Source: Octopus sinensis
Lineage: Eukaryota
Assembly (NCBI RefSeq): GCF_006345805.1
Contig: NC_042997.1
Coordinates: forward strand, 2,232,001 to 2,296,000
Length of the DNA: 64,000 nt
Reading direction: 5' to 3'
Part shown: positions 44,048-59,336 of the stretch, one piece after another
Position numbering within the stretch: position 1 is the first letter of the stretch
How the letters are laid out: each line of letters begins with the position of its first letter
Notes under the pieces: model-generated
The model's input: only the letters and a program-made list of their open reading frames with translations
Told to the model about the DNA's origin: nothing
Database searches by the model: none
Translations under genes and position numbers: made by a program

Positions 44048-46419
44048 TAAATGCAGACTGGATTATACAAACTGAAGGATCCTACCAAAATTTACAACAA
44101 CAAGCATGGGAAGACATCACAATAGCAGACCTAAGAAAGGCACTCACGAAGGCCCATAATTGGAAATCCCCCGGTAAAGATAGGGTGCCGAATTTCTGGC
44201 TCGCATCGCTCCCGTGCGCACACGGTAAGCTAGTTCAGCTGCTCAATGGAATTTTGAGAGACCCAAAGAAAACACCTGAATGGTTAGCAAGTGGCATTAC
44301 TTACCTACTCCCAAAGAATAACGAAACCAACCTTCCAAAAAACTATCGGCCTATAACCTGTCTATCCAGCACGTATAAAATCCTAACATTTATCCTGGCG
44401 GAGAAAACATATGCATTCATGGAGAAGAACGATATTTTCCCCATTGAACAAAAAGGGTGCCGCCGAGGCTCTTACGGATGCAAAGATCAACTGCTAATCA
44501 ATCGTATGATCCTTGAGAACTGTCACAACAAGCGCAGAAATCTCAGCACCACATGGATTGACTATAAAAAGGCCTTCGACAGTATACCGCATCCATGGAT
44601 CTTGAGATCGCTGGACATCTTTAAAATTTCCCCTGTGATTTCAAACTTCCTGAAGCACAATATGTCGTTGTGGAATACGAATCTCCAATTATACCACTCT
44701 AATGGAGTACTTGCCTCAGAAAATATAAACATCAACTGTGGAATTTTTCAAGGTGACTCACTTTCACCTTTAATATTCTGCATAGCCCTAATACCCCTTA
44801 CAAGTGAATTAAACAGAACAGGGTATGGGTATAAAATTGCCAATAAAAAAATAAGCCATCTATTTTATATGGATGACTTAAAACTTTATGGTAAAGACAA
44901 TAATGAACTTGAAGCCCTATTGCGCACCGTGAAAGCATTCAGCGATGACATCGGGATGGAGTTTGGACTTGAGAAGTGTGCCAAGGCCACTTTCCAGAAA
45001 GGGAAAGTGAAGACCACAAATTCAGTCGTGTTAGATGCTGACACAGTCATAAGAGAGCTTGAGCAAGAACAGACATACAAATATTTAGGGATAAATGAAG
45101 GCTCTGGTATTCAGCATGCAAGCATGAAAGAGAAAATCAGGAAGGAATGTTATAGGAGAGTTCGTGCAGTCCTGAAATCTGAACTAAATGCACGTAACAA
45201 GGTGTTAGCTATAAATTGCTTAGCAGTTCCAGTTGTTACTTATAGCTACAATGTGTTGAACTGGAATATGAGTGAAGTAAAGAATATAGATAGAAAAATA
45301 CGCAAGCTGCTGAGTTGTAATAGGATGCACCGCCCAAAGGCAGACGTAGATCGCCTTTACTTTCCCAGAGCCCAAGGAGGTCGAGGCCTGATCCAATTTG
45401 AACTAGCTTACAAAACAACCACAATTGGACTGGCCAATTATCTCGAAATATCGAATGACTGGATGCTAAAGCTCGTGGAAAATCACGAGAGACGAAAGAA
45501 GCTTCCTTCTATCATCAAGGAAAGCAAAAAATTTACTATTGATCTCGTGCAGGATACCCAAACTGAACAACCCGAGGGAAGTACGGCAACTATTGTTGCA
45601 AAGAAGGTGAAAATGATGGCAATGAAAAAAGCGCACGAGCAATTGGCTGATAGGTGGGAGGAGAAACCTCTGCACGGCAAATATGTGACCCGCAGCAAAC
45701 AAGCTGATGTTGACCAGAAGCAAACCCATCAGTGGCTGTGGAGCTCAGGGCTAAAAGCAGAGAGCGAAGGTTTCATCCTGGCTGCTCAAGACCAAAGCCT
45801 ATTAACCCGGAACTACCAGGCCAATGTGATGAAAAATGGAGCAGACCCAAAATGCCGATTCTGCAACGACATGATTGAAACAGTGGACCACCTAATCTCT
45901 GGATGTAAAGTCTTAGCACCAGTGGAGTATAAATTAAGACATGACAGAGTTGGCCAATATCTCCACTGGCTAATAAGTCGGCATTACAATATCAAAACTA
46001 CCGACAAGTGGTATAATCACCACCCTGAGGCTGTAACTGAAGGAGAAAATGTAACCATTCTGTGGGACTTTCCAGTACATACAGACCGAACCATCAATGC
46101 CAATAAACCAGATATTGTTGTGAAAGACCAAAACAATAAAGTTTGCTTATTGATCGACATGAGCATCCCCTGTGATCATAATATCTCAGCGAAAGAGTTT
46201 GACAAGCTCAGAAAATATAAAGACCTACTCATTGAAATTGAGAAAATATGGCATCTCAAGGCGGTTACAATACCAGTGATCGTAGGAGCACTATGAATGA
46301 TCAAGAAGGGAACCGAAAATTATATGAGAATGATCCCTGGCTTACCATCCCTGCAAGAAGTGCAAAAGATTGTCTTAACTGGTACATCACACGTATTGAG
46401 GAGAGCATTGTCGATGTGA
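44047..46419 (+). CDS. RT-RLE polyprotein (partial; one premature TGA at 46294-46296, probable natural stop 46417-46419)
   Basis: ORF-track frame 43963..46296. Its first ~28 aa come from the upstream element's UTR and the AAT tract. The frame stays open after the TGA (MIKKGTENY...RRALSM*), and the sister copy at 2397-2696 has GGA (GALGMIKKG) at that codon. Confidence 0.88.
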
Positions 46420-46589
46420 GAACTGTTGCTGCTCATGTATTTTAATTTAACTTTAAAAAAATAAAAAAAAAATAACGAACTACTGAGTTTGGTTTAATGG
46501 CCTACCAATATACACTATGAGTTTCTTTGCCCTAGGAGTCGGGAAGACACTCGGCAAGAGATGGAAGAAAATTTGAAAGAAGAAAAAAA

Positions 46590-46590
<1 letters not shown>
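44047..46590 (+). mobile_element. 5'-truncated RLE-type non-LTR retrotransposon, R4/Dong-like, inserted in (AAT)n
   Basis: RT motifs KSPGKD, YRPITCL, QKGC, WIDYKKAFDS, GIFQGDSLSPLIF, YMDDLKLY and YKYLG. Also a CCHC knuckle CRFC-x8-H-x4-C, the RHD motif and the RLE core KPDIVV...LIDMSIP...K. A ~170-nt 3' UTR ends in an A-run followed by (AAT)n, and (AAT)n also lies at the 5' junction. Confidence 0.95.
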
Positions 46591-47765
<1,175 letters not shown>

Positions 47766-47840
47766 AAGAAGAGGAACAACAACAACAACAACATCGAAAA
47801 ACACCTTAGGAATGAGAACCCAGGTTCGAAGTTTCCCCAA

Positions 47841-47886
47841 GACCCCTGATGAAGGCTGGAGGGTATATTAGCCGAAACGTTGTGTT
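47841..47886 (+). ncRNA. Minimal hammerhead motif in a short PLE pLTR-like repeat (47790-47945)
   Basis: CTGATGA-a-GGCTG-gagggtatat-TAGCC-GAA-ACGT-T-gtgtt, with a palindromic ACGT stem III. The same repeat occurs at 8686-8828 (+) and 8265-8370 (-). Confidence 0.65.
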
Positions 47887-47960
47887 AACAATAGAGAATA
47901 TAAGGACAAATATCCGTCAATTATAAATAATGTAAATAATGTACGTACAGATATATATAC

Positions 47961-47993
<33 letters not shown>

Positions 47994-48449
47994 CATATAT
48001 ATACATATATACCTAGACATACACACACACTCATAAAGTGTAACATTAAATTCGTAAGTGAAGTTAATCTTATATGTGCATCGTCATAGCGTACCAGCGA
48101 ATGTTTTTTACATTATTTGTTTATAGTCTGGGGATTCTATTCAGGAACGTGGCCTTGATAAACCACAGAAATGGGGAAATATCGGTATCAATTACTTCTG
48201 CATGGTACTGGAGGGGTATTGCCTTAGCTTTCCATGACTTTTAGCGATGTAGTGCAACGAACTGATGAGCAAGCAGAAAACATGCATTGGCTGTGTGCGG
48301 TAGATTATGTTTACAACACTAACGCTGCTTCTAATTAACAAATGAATTTAATATTACGCCTCCATGATCGTGGCATACAAACAAATGTTTCTCACACCAT
48401 TTGTATATAATCATATACAGGCGGTTTTCTCTAATCTATGTTACTTTAT

Positions 48450-49440
48450 ATCATCCTGGTTGATGAAGGCCTCACCGAAGCAAAGTAATTTGGAACTTGT
48501 GAACATCTAGGTCCGAAAGAGTAGTTAATACTAATATAAATTTTAGCTTTTCGATTTTGCTTTTATTTTTCTTCCATCAAATCCAATTGGATCTCTTGTC
48601 AGCTGCTTCTTTTTTAGCTGCTGTAAGTGCTCTGATACTCATATTTCTCAGAAACTGGAAGATATTTAATGAGAGGGTATGTAGATTTGTACACGATTCC
48701 TATTCATTCCACCTCTATGGATTTTATCTTCGAAACCAGATTATATCAGTTTGATGTTTAACGATATTCTTTAGCCTCGTAGGTGATGGTTGTCTAAATT
48801 CTCCTTTCGTATGGCACAGTGAAATTAACCAGTATTATTTGATCTGATGAGTGTCAGAGGAATAATTCATTCTACGTTTGAGAATGCTATTCTGGAAATT
48901 TTGTTGATCCTTTCTAGTTATCCACTTCACCCATTAGACGCTGTTTACAACATTTAATTAGCACAAATGTTGCATAATCACAGTACTTTATCCTCTGAAA
49001 TGTAGCACATTCGTGAAGTTTCTGGCGTTTTGCTCCCTCCCGCAGAACAAATTGTATGTATGAACTTAATTTTGATTATGCGCATCTCCAGCTCACCCTA
49101 AATTTCCATTAACCCAGGGGAAATTCCCCTGTTTATTTGCCTTAGCACAGCAAATCGTGGATGTTATTCAATTTCCGCTACTTCACGTTTTTATTGGAGA
49201 GCTGAAGATAATATAAAATTTGAGGATGAACATGACTATAAATAGATCCAAATGTCATTCCAGATGAGATTCGGAATACATTCCCTCTATTCATCAATTG
49301 CATCGGATCTACGGGAATTCTTTCTCTATAATCTTGGTAGCATATTGACACTTTATAGAACCTACAACCTACCCAATGGTCTGTGTAAATCTCGTTATGC
49401 TCCCAAACTTAGGAATTTTCTTCGCCGCCACCTGTAACTT
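48450..49440 (-). mobile_element. Possible decayed LINE endonuclease region
   Basis: Higher complexity than the flanks, with only faint APE-like remnants. Confidence 0.2.
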
Positions 49441-51173
49441 CAACTTATGCCGATTCTTATCACAGTTTTATCACCTGAATAATCAAGCATACATGTAAAC
49501 CTTGCTTTTCCAGTTTTATACTCTTCCATGATAACTTCAGATTTGCTCGGCAAGAGTAGAGAGCACAAAATTAGTAAGAAGAAATTAAATATTAAAACAT
49601 TATTTTTATTATAATAATTTCTCGTTTCCATTGTGCTAGTGCTGACATGTTATATGAACAAAACTTATACCAACATATATTGCAAGCACCAAATCGGGTA
49701 GGGCGTTTGAATCCGCAGTTGAACAGAATAATGTTATAAAATGCTATAAATTATCGGTAGATTGCATTTTTCAACCTACGGTAACTGCATCTGTTTCATT
49801 ATCCATTCAGGTACAATCATTGCTTGTTTTAGCTGACTCGCATCATTTTAGAAAGCAATATCTGTGTCGCCAAGTATGACGTATAAGTGGCGGAGTAAAC
49901 GTGCCTTTTGTTTTGTTTGTTTATTGCTCTTTCATATATATATATATTTATTTCTCAACATTTTTGTCGTGTTTTACTGCTTTAAATTATAAATTGTCTT
50001 CTCCAATAAATAGGCGTACATTTCATGTGTAAAATATATCAAGTAAATAATTCAAAATAATGCATGTATGAACTTAAAGAATGAAATACACTACATTGTT
50101 ACCCAAAACTTGATAAACATCAAACACAAATAATACAAAGCAACATTTATATTTAAATGTATAAAGAAGAAAAAAGAGAAATGATTGACTATATGAAACT
50201 AGGAGAAAAATAATATATTTGATTGCTATAGTTGGCTTTCTTTTGCAAAATGCTTACAGCAAATTAAAATAAATACTATAACAAACAAACAAAAAAGAAA
50301 TATCAACTATAAAATAACAAAAATGAAACTTTTTCCAATGTAAAAGGGAACACAAGTTATCGATCATCTTACATCAGAGACCAATTTTAGTAGTGATTCA
50401 ATGGTCAGCATTCCAAATATATCGATAAAATCTATTGACGAGTGTTAGAGATCAACAAATTTCTATAATATCAATGTCAATTAGGAAATAACAGAGGCAT
50501 CAATTGCCAAACAAAAAGTGTTAGAGTTTGGGCGAGCTTGATGTAAGTGCTCTCTTCTTTGGTTTATGAAGCTCACAGGTTTGTACTGAATCATAAAAAT
50601 GAATAGAATCTTTCCACAGATTTGTTTTCCCACTGTGCTCAATTCATTTATATTTCTCAGACCATAATTGATCTCGGTCCATCGATGCAAAAATTATGAT
50701 AAACATTTGGTTTGCCGAAACACTTTAATAAAAACGTGTAATGTGTCGCCTCTAGTCAGTTGAGAATTCTAGTACTTAAACGATATTGAATATATGGAGT
50801 AACAAAATAAGCGATCCATGAAGCTTGAGAAAATTACGCCGAATAAAACACAACATGCACACAGATATTTTAGTAATACACACATTAATAGAAGTGAATC
50901 AACATTTTACTATAAAAACCCTCTCCATTCTTTTTTATTTATTTATTCAGTGTTTTTTTTACGCAAAATAATAAACATATTACGATAATGATGATGTTAG
51001 CTTACTACGATGAAACTAAGTAGAATTGTTAAGAAAAACACTCGATATAGTTTAGAAAACCGTAATATTTTCACATGTATTAATATGACTTCTATAGAAT
51101 GAGACATGTGAGGCTTGTATCACTCGGTAATATAACAGATAAATATATATATATACACAATCATATATATATA

Positions 51174-51212
<39 letters not shown>

Positions 51213-51654
51213 CATTCATATAGATGCACATACATGCACGCATACATACATATATACATACTATTAAGTAATAAAATGGAGAGTTTAAATGCATATGAAC
51301 TAATTTATTAACATTTTGCTTATTAAGCCAACAATTGTTTAAGTTTACACTCAATAAATATTAGAAACCTATAGAATAACTTAGCATTTTGCAGATTTAG
51401 ACCAAAATTGTAGAGTATAGTTTATTGTAAAATTTTATCTATGACTAACAATAGTGTAAATAAATTAATTTATATCCATTTAAACTCTCCACATACTTAA
51501 TAATCTTCGATATTTATAATGTCCCTGTTTATACTGAAGAGACATTTCTAAAGGATATAAAATATTAAATCAGTGTGAATTGGATTAAATCATCCCTTTA
51601 AGAGGTTAATACATCCTCGTAGTGATTGAACATATATATATATATCAATGATTA

Positions 51655-52701
51655 TCAATGATTAAGGGTAACATCTATTAATTATTAATTAATTTCGCCA
51701 AGTAGTGTTCAGTATGTAAAAGGACCATTCAAGGCGTATTCAATATATTACGTTACATAATTAGGGCTCAGTAAAATAATTTACTTTGCAACATACTGAA
51801 ATTTTTAGAAATAGCAGCCAAAAATTTTTTTTAGTCATTTCCACTACTTTAAGAAGAGTCTCCCGGATAGTGTTTACTCAAAAATAATTCACGTAGATAT
51901 GGAGGGAAAATACAAAATATCACATGTACAAAGATTATTTGAGAATGCTCACGTTACTAGATTAGTCGAATTAAACTCGACATTTCTTTCGTCAGCTAAA
52001 CATTTCTTAATTTGGATTTGAAAGCACTAAAAAACTGAACATACCCATCCGACATTAATCATCTCAGACAAACATCTCCAAGCTGCCAGTGCCAGCAAAT
52101 TCAAACAGTACGAGTGAAGATTTATGTTCTTCCCGCTTCCATTCACGTGAGTTATATAGTAAACAGCTTATAACGGTGAGAACCGCAGTAAAAGAACAGG
52201 GAGAAAGGAATTGTATTATCAATGATTAAAGGTAAAATCAATTAATTATTAATTAATGTTCAGTATGTAAAAGGACCATTCAAGGCGTAATCAATATATT
52301 ACGTTATATAATTAGTGCTCAGTAAAATAATTTACTTTGCCACATACTGAAAGTTTTAGAAATAGCAGCTAAACAGTTTTTTTAGCCATGTCCACTACTT
52401 TAAGAAGTGTCTCCCGGATAGTGTTTACTCAAAAATAATTCACGTAGAGATGGAGGGAAAATAAAAAATATCACATGTACAAAGTTTATTTGAGAACGCT
52501 CACGTTTCTAGATTAGTCGAATTAAACTCGACATTTCTTTCGTCAGCTCCATATCTACGTGAATTATTTTTGAGTAAACACTATCCGCGAGACTCTTCTT
52601 AAAGTAGTGGAAATGGCTAAAAAAACATTTTGGCTGCTATTTATTAAAATTTCAGTATGTGGCAAAGTAAATTATTTTACTGAGCCCTAATTATATAACG
52701 A
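51655..52701 (-). mobile_element. PLE-like unit: two direct ~335-bp repeats plus a terminal inverted partial copy
   Basis: Direct repeats at 51655-51997 and 52219-52548. Segment 52549-52701 is the reverse complement of ~51750-51903. Hammerhead-like motif on the minus strand at 52490-52548. Short (TA)n at both ends. Confidence 0.75.
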
Positions 52702-52742
52702 TATATATATATATAAAAAGGAGATGTGGAACACGAGTTGTG

Positions 52743-53049
52743 ATATATAAAAAAGGAAATGAAGAAAATGCTGACAAAATAATTTAAGTAATTTAAGTAA
52801 TCTAATTAGTGAAAGTTCTTTTTAACGGTTGCGCATTTGTTATGCTTATCAAAAGATAATTTGTTTAAGAGAGATAGAGTTCTTTTTTGATAGATTTTTA
52901 GGAAAAAAATCTATCAGAAAAGAACTCTATCTCTCTTTAAAAAATTATCTTTTGATAAGCATAACAAATGCGCAACCGGTAAAAAGAACTTTCACCTAAT
53001 TAGATTACTTAAATTACTTAAATTATTTTGTCAGCATTTTCTTCATTTC

Positions 53050-53060
<11 letters not shown>
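52743..53060. repeat. Near-perfect ~155-bp-arm fold-back
   Basis: Arms 52743-52899 and 52904-53060 with a loop of only a few nt. Contains a degenerate hammerhead-like motif at 52949-52986 and ends in (TA)n. Confidence 0.9.
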
Positions 53061-53127
<67 letters not shown>

Positions 53128-53391
53128 GATATATATATATAATATATATATATATATATTATATATATATATATATAAGAGAGACAGAGACATGCAGAAA
53201 CAAGGTAAATGCTACTTGTATTCGAACACTATACGTATATTCTTTTTAACAAAAACTTTAAAATTTTGCTAAATTTAATTGTTTTCCATACATAAATTTG
53301 AAAAATTCTCAACGAGTGAAGCCAGTAATGAAATTTCATTTTAATAAAATTGTTTTAACATTTCTATCTCGACTTTTCCTAATATATATAC

Positions 53392-53447
<56 letters not shown>

Positions 53448-53479
53448 ATATATACGCGTAGGAGTGGCTATGTGGTATG

Positions 53480-54548
53480 TAACTTGCTTAATTTAAAAAA
53501 AGTTTTAATGAAAAATATCAACTAATTAATTAATAATGTATTCACTCTTGTTGTTTACAACTTCTTCCCAACATTCAACAAGATTTTCAATACCTCGTTT
53601 GTAGAAATCACCCGATTTCGGCTCGAAAGATTTATCCAGCCAAGCTGTCAATTCTGGTGGAAATGCATTGGAAATGTACGGCAGGTGTGACAGCACTTGC
53701 CAGCCATGCGTTTGAATGGCTTCCTTGGTCATATTGGTGATATGAGGGCGGGCGTAAATAACGTGAAATACGGGATGTAAAGGGGTGAATACATAAACAA
53801 CGAGAAAAACAAATCGAAAATAGGACAAGTACCATAAAGAACAACCATCCAACAGTTGTCGGCTATCCATCAACTCCTCATTTCGAGTATTGAACAATGA
53901 TATGAGTCTTCGAAAGGCAATTGTTACCTGAAGCCATACTAAAATCAAGGATTCACGGAGGGTCACAGTTGGTAACGAAACAGGACAGTGGAAACATGCA
54001 ATGAAACTGAACGAAAATAAGCATGCTGGGTCTTTAGACCAGTCAAGGCTAACATAGCGAACGCTAGAGAAATATATTCTATTGACAAGAGGAAAGATTG
54101 AAGAGAGAGACATATGGGATACGTGCACTCTCTATGATAGTCGTGAAGGTAAAGAAAAATAATCGCGTGAGGAAAAGAAAGATGGACGATGGGCACGTGT
54201 GAGCAAAGAGAGAGAGAGAGAGAGAGCGCAAAGGAGAAATAGAAAAAGAAAACGGTGAAGATTTGCTTGCTCGTCACCGCTCAACTCATGGACACAAGAC
54301 TGGCTTTTACATCAATATGAAGCGGCGTATGGAATATCTTAGCCCCGGTAAACAAACGACATCGCGCGTGAGACAAGATCTTCATCCGAGTAAAACGATG
54401 TTCTGCATATGGTGAGACTGGGAAGGGATGATCCATTACGAATTGCTTGAACGGAATCAACCGGTCAATGCGGAGCTCTATTTTCAACTGATGGAACGAT
54501 TCTACGAGGCTATTCAAGAGAAAAGAACTCATCGACAGCATGGACAGT
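53480..54548. mobile_element. Rearranged mariner fragments (3' end on -, DDD-domain piece on +)
   Basis: Minus strand GWQVLSHLPY...FYKRGIENLVECWEEVVNNKSEYI. Plus strand [34 protein letters not shown]. Confidence 0.75.
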
Positions 54549-54623
54549 TTGTGACGTCCTGTATCATTTCTTCATATATGTATTTGTGTACACACACAGA
54601 CACACACACAGACACACACACAG

Positions 54624-54680
<57 letters not shown>

Positions 54681-54735
54681 TCTATATTATACAGACATTT
54701 ACTCACACACGAATACATACACAAACACACACACT

Positions 54736-54784
<49 letters not shown>

Positions 54785-54787
<3 letters not shown>

Positions 54788-55092
54788 AAAATATTAGGGA
54801 ATAAATCCAAACTTACAGGGAAAAATCAGATTTAGGATTGAATCCAATATTATAGTAAAATATATTATATTAAATTAGAAATAAAATCATACAATGAAAA
54901 ACTTAAGCCAATACATATGATTAATTAATTTATATTATTTAAATATATATCAAAATTATTAACAGAGTTAATTAATTATCTTTTTAAATAATTTTGATAT
55001 ATATTTAAATAATATAAATTAATTAATCATATGTATTGGCTTAAGTCTTTCATTGTATGATTTGACTAATAGTGGTTTTATCTCTAATTAAT
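54785..55092. repeat. Fold-back repeat family copy 2, in (TA)n
   Basis: Same leader (aataaaatattagggaataaatccaaacttacagggaaaaatcagatttaggattgaatccaat) and arms as 40505-40868, with a different loop region. Confidence 0.88.
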
Positions 55093-55142
55093 ATATATAT
55101 ATATATATAATATATATATATATAAATATACATACACATACA

Positions 55143-55249
<107 letters not shown>

Positions 55250-55389
55250 ATTAAATATATAATGCTCCATGTTTCACTTTAGCAACTACTGAGCTAAAGC
55301 AATTCACATTAAAGTACACAGTGCAACAGATATTTGACAATATAACGTACGTTTGGAAACAACAGCATGCAATATATAAATGGGCATAA

Positions 55390-56620
55390 AAGCGGCGAGC
55401 TGTCAGAGACTTTAGCACGCCGCGCGAAATGCTTAGCGTTACTTCGTCTGTCATTACTTTCTGAGTTCGTATTCCACCGAGTTCGACTTTGCCTTTCCTC
55501 CTTTCGAGGTCAATAAATTAAGCACCAGTGTCGTACTGATTTTGATGTAATCGAATGGCACCTCTCTCCAAATATTTCGGGCGTTGTGCCCGAGTAGAAA
55601 AGAATATATAAATGAGCCTATCATATAGAATAAAATTTCCGTTTAGCTTTCGTTGGACACTATTTCTTTTATCTAAATATACATATATTTCTATGTAGGG
55701 TCTTTGAGTTCCAGCGAAAAAAATGTACATGTCATTTGGAATTGCAGTAGAACTTACAGGCTTCAGAAACAAACGTGAAACCATATCTATTGGGAAGACA
55801 AAATGACGAAGAAATAGCAATATACAGATATAATAGTTTCTTGTTTTAAACTGGAAAAGCAAAACCTTTACCAAAACTTGATCCTTGAAGCATGGAATGC
55901 AACAATATGTATTCAACTACGCCTCAATAAAGTTTTACTTTTAATATATTAAAAATATAACGAAGGCGGCAAGCTGCCAGAAGTTTTAGCACGCCGGGCA
56001 AAATGCTTACCGTCATTTCATCCGGCTTGAAATTCTGAGTTCAAATTGTTGCCAAGGTCGACTTTGCCTTTCATCATTTCGGGGTCGATAAAGTGAGTAC
56101 CATTTGAACACTGGAATCTATGTAATCGACTTATACGCTCTCCTGAAAGTTGCTGAACTTGTGTCAAGATTTGAAATCATTACATTAAAATAGATAACTA
56201 AGGCGGTGAGCTGGTAGAATCTTTAGCACGCCGGGTAAAATGGCTGGCGTCATACTCTCGATCATTGCGTTCTATTTTCAGATTCCGCCGAGGTCGACAT
56301 TGCCTTTCATCATTTAAGAGTGAATAAAATAAGGATATGTTAAGCAGTGAGATGTATCTAACTTATCTAACCTTCCTCCGGATTTGCTGACCTTGTGCGT
56401 GCTAAAATTTGAAACGCATAAGTAAGGTGGTAAGCTGGCAGAATCGTTAGACCACCAGTCAAAATGCTTAGTGGCATGCTAGTCGTCTTTATATTTAGAA
56501 TCCAAATGGCACCAGTGTCGCCCTTGCTTTTCCTCAAGGACTGCTAGTTGACTGTAGTCGATCGAACTGACCTAGACCCTCCACCAAAATTACTGCCTAT
56601 GTACCTAAATTTGAAACAAA
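55390..56620 (+). mobile_element. Cluster of four same-orientation SINEs of one family (~55390, 55965, 56201, 56426)
   Basis: Each starts ggcgg-gagctg-cagaa-ttagcacgccggg-aaatgctta and carries gtcgactttgccttt. Minus-strand relatives at 28575-28785 and 41195-41285. Confidence 0.85.
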
Positions 56621-57607
56621 TATATTAAATATAGAACTGACTCTAAATCAATTCACATCGAGGCGAGATATTACCTGTTACTATTTTGAACAACTACATC
56701 TCTATACATACATTCAGTGATAATACAAATATAATTTACATAGATTTTCATTAAAAAATGATGTTTGTATTCATTCAGAAATTTTAAACTAGAATAACTA
56801 TCACGAATATTTTGGAATCCCGCCTGCACAATTAACAATTTTCTATTTCCTTTTGAATTTGAATGATATTACATTTATCTTATGACGTTTTATTTTACCT
56901 TTCCATTTACATTGTTGTGGAGAATCTGAATACCGGTGGGAAATTTAGTCGCCATTTTGTTGACTCTAATGTCGAAATTGCGTGACATGCCTGATAATCA
57001 ATAAGGGATTTACTCATAATTTCCATAACAAGGCATGATTTGTGGCATTCCTGAAATGTCTCTGCTTCTTATAAAACCTCTCGAAGATATATTAGTCAGT
57101 ATCTAAGGCGCCAGTCAGACACATGACCAGGAATACATTTATTAGTTTACTGATTTCGAAAGAAAGCTTGAAGTCTGGTGATGAATAAATCGTTTCATAA
57201 ATGGAAATACAAAACAATCCATCAAGATTTAATTCATCAGAAAAGCGACATACCCAAGATAATCTTCTCAGGTCTTAATCTGAGAAAAGAAACAAAAAAC
57301 GAAAATGCATATTATTTTTTGTTCTTCTGAAATTCATTACTTAAGGCTAAATAAACACATTTAGTTTAAGTTTACCACAAATTATTGAACGGCCTCGTAA
57401 ATAGTTTCTGTCTCGATGGACAACAATAATTAATTTACACAGATTCCGCATATCATTAATTCGTCGGGTCATTTTGTTATAAATCCAAATGTTGTGCTAT
57501 TTTCAAATAACATGAATTAAATATCACGAATAAAAGTAGAATAATACCAACAGCTTGACGTACTCTCCAGCACTGTCACTCTAACACACACATATAATAT
57601 TATATAC

Positions 57608-57689
<82 letters not shown>

Positions 57690-57692
<3 letters not shown>

Positions 57693-59010
57693 TTTCTCTT
57701 GTTTTGCAATGTCGGAGATTCCATCTACCTAACCTGTCTTGGGAATATGCACCTGGAAAACTGCATCATTGCTCATGCGAATGCCCAGGTCACGCACTGA
57801 TTTTGATTCAGGGATTGCAATTTCTCCTGGGCCAATGTATCCTGTCTGCATATCGTTCAGCTTCGCGTGCTGGTAGCACAGGTCTCGGAATTTTCCTGCA
57901 TTAATCTTCATGATGTTGTTCGCAGCACACCTGTATATTGCGTCCAACACCAGTTGCAGATGAGCAATATTCCCAGGATATTGTATTCTCTCAAATACTT
58001 TTGCGTCATCTGTATAGATAGCGAGGGCGGCTACCTGTGCAGCTTAAGGCATATCTGAGAGGGCCACTATGAGTAGCAGTGGCCCTAAGGCAATGCTCTT
58101 TGCTATTTGTGTTTCCTTTGTGTTGGCTCCATTGGTTACCACTGCCTGACGTCTATCTTTTAGAAAGTAGTGCAGCCACTCTCCAAGTTTTCCGACTACG
58201 CCGAAGTCAGGTAGTTTGCGCCATATTATATCATGGCTGACTTTGCAAAATTGATATATATCTCGTCCACACTTGAGTCATTTAGCAACTGTTTTAACAC
58301 CCAATCGTAATGTTGCAACATCTGTGTCAGGCAGATTCTACCTGGTCAAAATCCATGCTGGATGTCAGCAAGTTATTTTCTTCAAGGAACGTGATTAGCT
58401 CTTTGCTGTCTATTCGTTCTATGATTTTGTTGATATGTGAGGTCAATGGGAAAGCCTTATAACTTTTAGCATCTAATCTGTCTCCTCCATTATGGACAGG
58501 GCATAATATCCCTGCCTTCAGTTTGTCTGGAAGCTTACTACATGCAAGAAGAGTGTGAAAATAAGCTGCAGTTGTTTTGCAGGAGCGCTTGGAATACACC
58601 AGAGCCATATGTAAGGCGAGTATTACTTCTTTGATGTTAATGCAAGCAATTTCCGCCTCTTTGTTTACAAGTAAAGTGGCCCTGAATGGTTGCAGCATGG
58701 TTTTCTCCAAGAATGAAGCATTGGAAAGGTGGAACAGGGAATAAGCCTGTGCTGGCTAGAGGTGTGTTATTCCTGAGAGCAACTCGCTTCCAGGCCATCT
58801 CACATTGGGGAAGTTAAAATCACCCAAAAGGAATAGACTGATGTCCCAGTTTAGTGACAAATTCTCTCTTTCTTAGGCAGTATGGTTTGGAGCAGCTAGT
58901 GTTCGATATAAAGTAATATGACAATATTTACTTGTCTTATGTGTAAAAATTGAATCTCACATTAAATTTGAATGTGACATCAGGACCTGGGGCATGAGTT
59001 CCTCTCGAAT
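57690..59010 (-). mobile_element. Decayed CR1-group LINE (APE endonuclease + RT pieces)
   Basis: Minus strand LLGDFNFPNVRW, ILCPVHNGGDRLDAKSYKAFPLTSHINKIIER, YINFAK, YTDDAKV and VRDLGIRMSND. Confidence 0.85.
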
Positions 59011-59049
59011 GTACTATATGTGTGTGTTACATATATATATATATGTATA

Positions 59050-59155
<106 letters not shown>

Positions 59156-59186
59156 TATAATATATATATATATGCGTGTGTGTGTG

Positions 59187-59225
<39 letters not shown>

Positions 59226-59237
59226 CGCATATATATG

Positions 59238-59292
<55 letters not shown>

Positions 59293-59336
59293 AGAGTATA
59301 GATTGAATTAATATATATGTTCCATTCTAGCAAGAA

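Noticed and set aside
53526-54128. 200-aa minus-strand ORF as a gene
   Set aside because: Only the C-terminal part is mariner-like and the rest has no recognisable motif. It is a chimera of rearranged TE pieces.
56955-56970. YY1-like CGCCATTTT promoter motif
   Set aside because: A single short motif with no supporting exon or CpG-rich context, expected by chance or from a TE.
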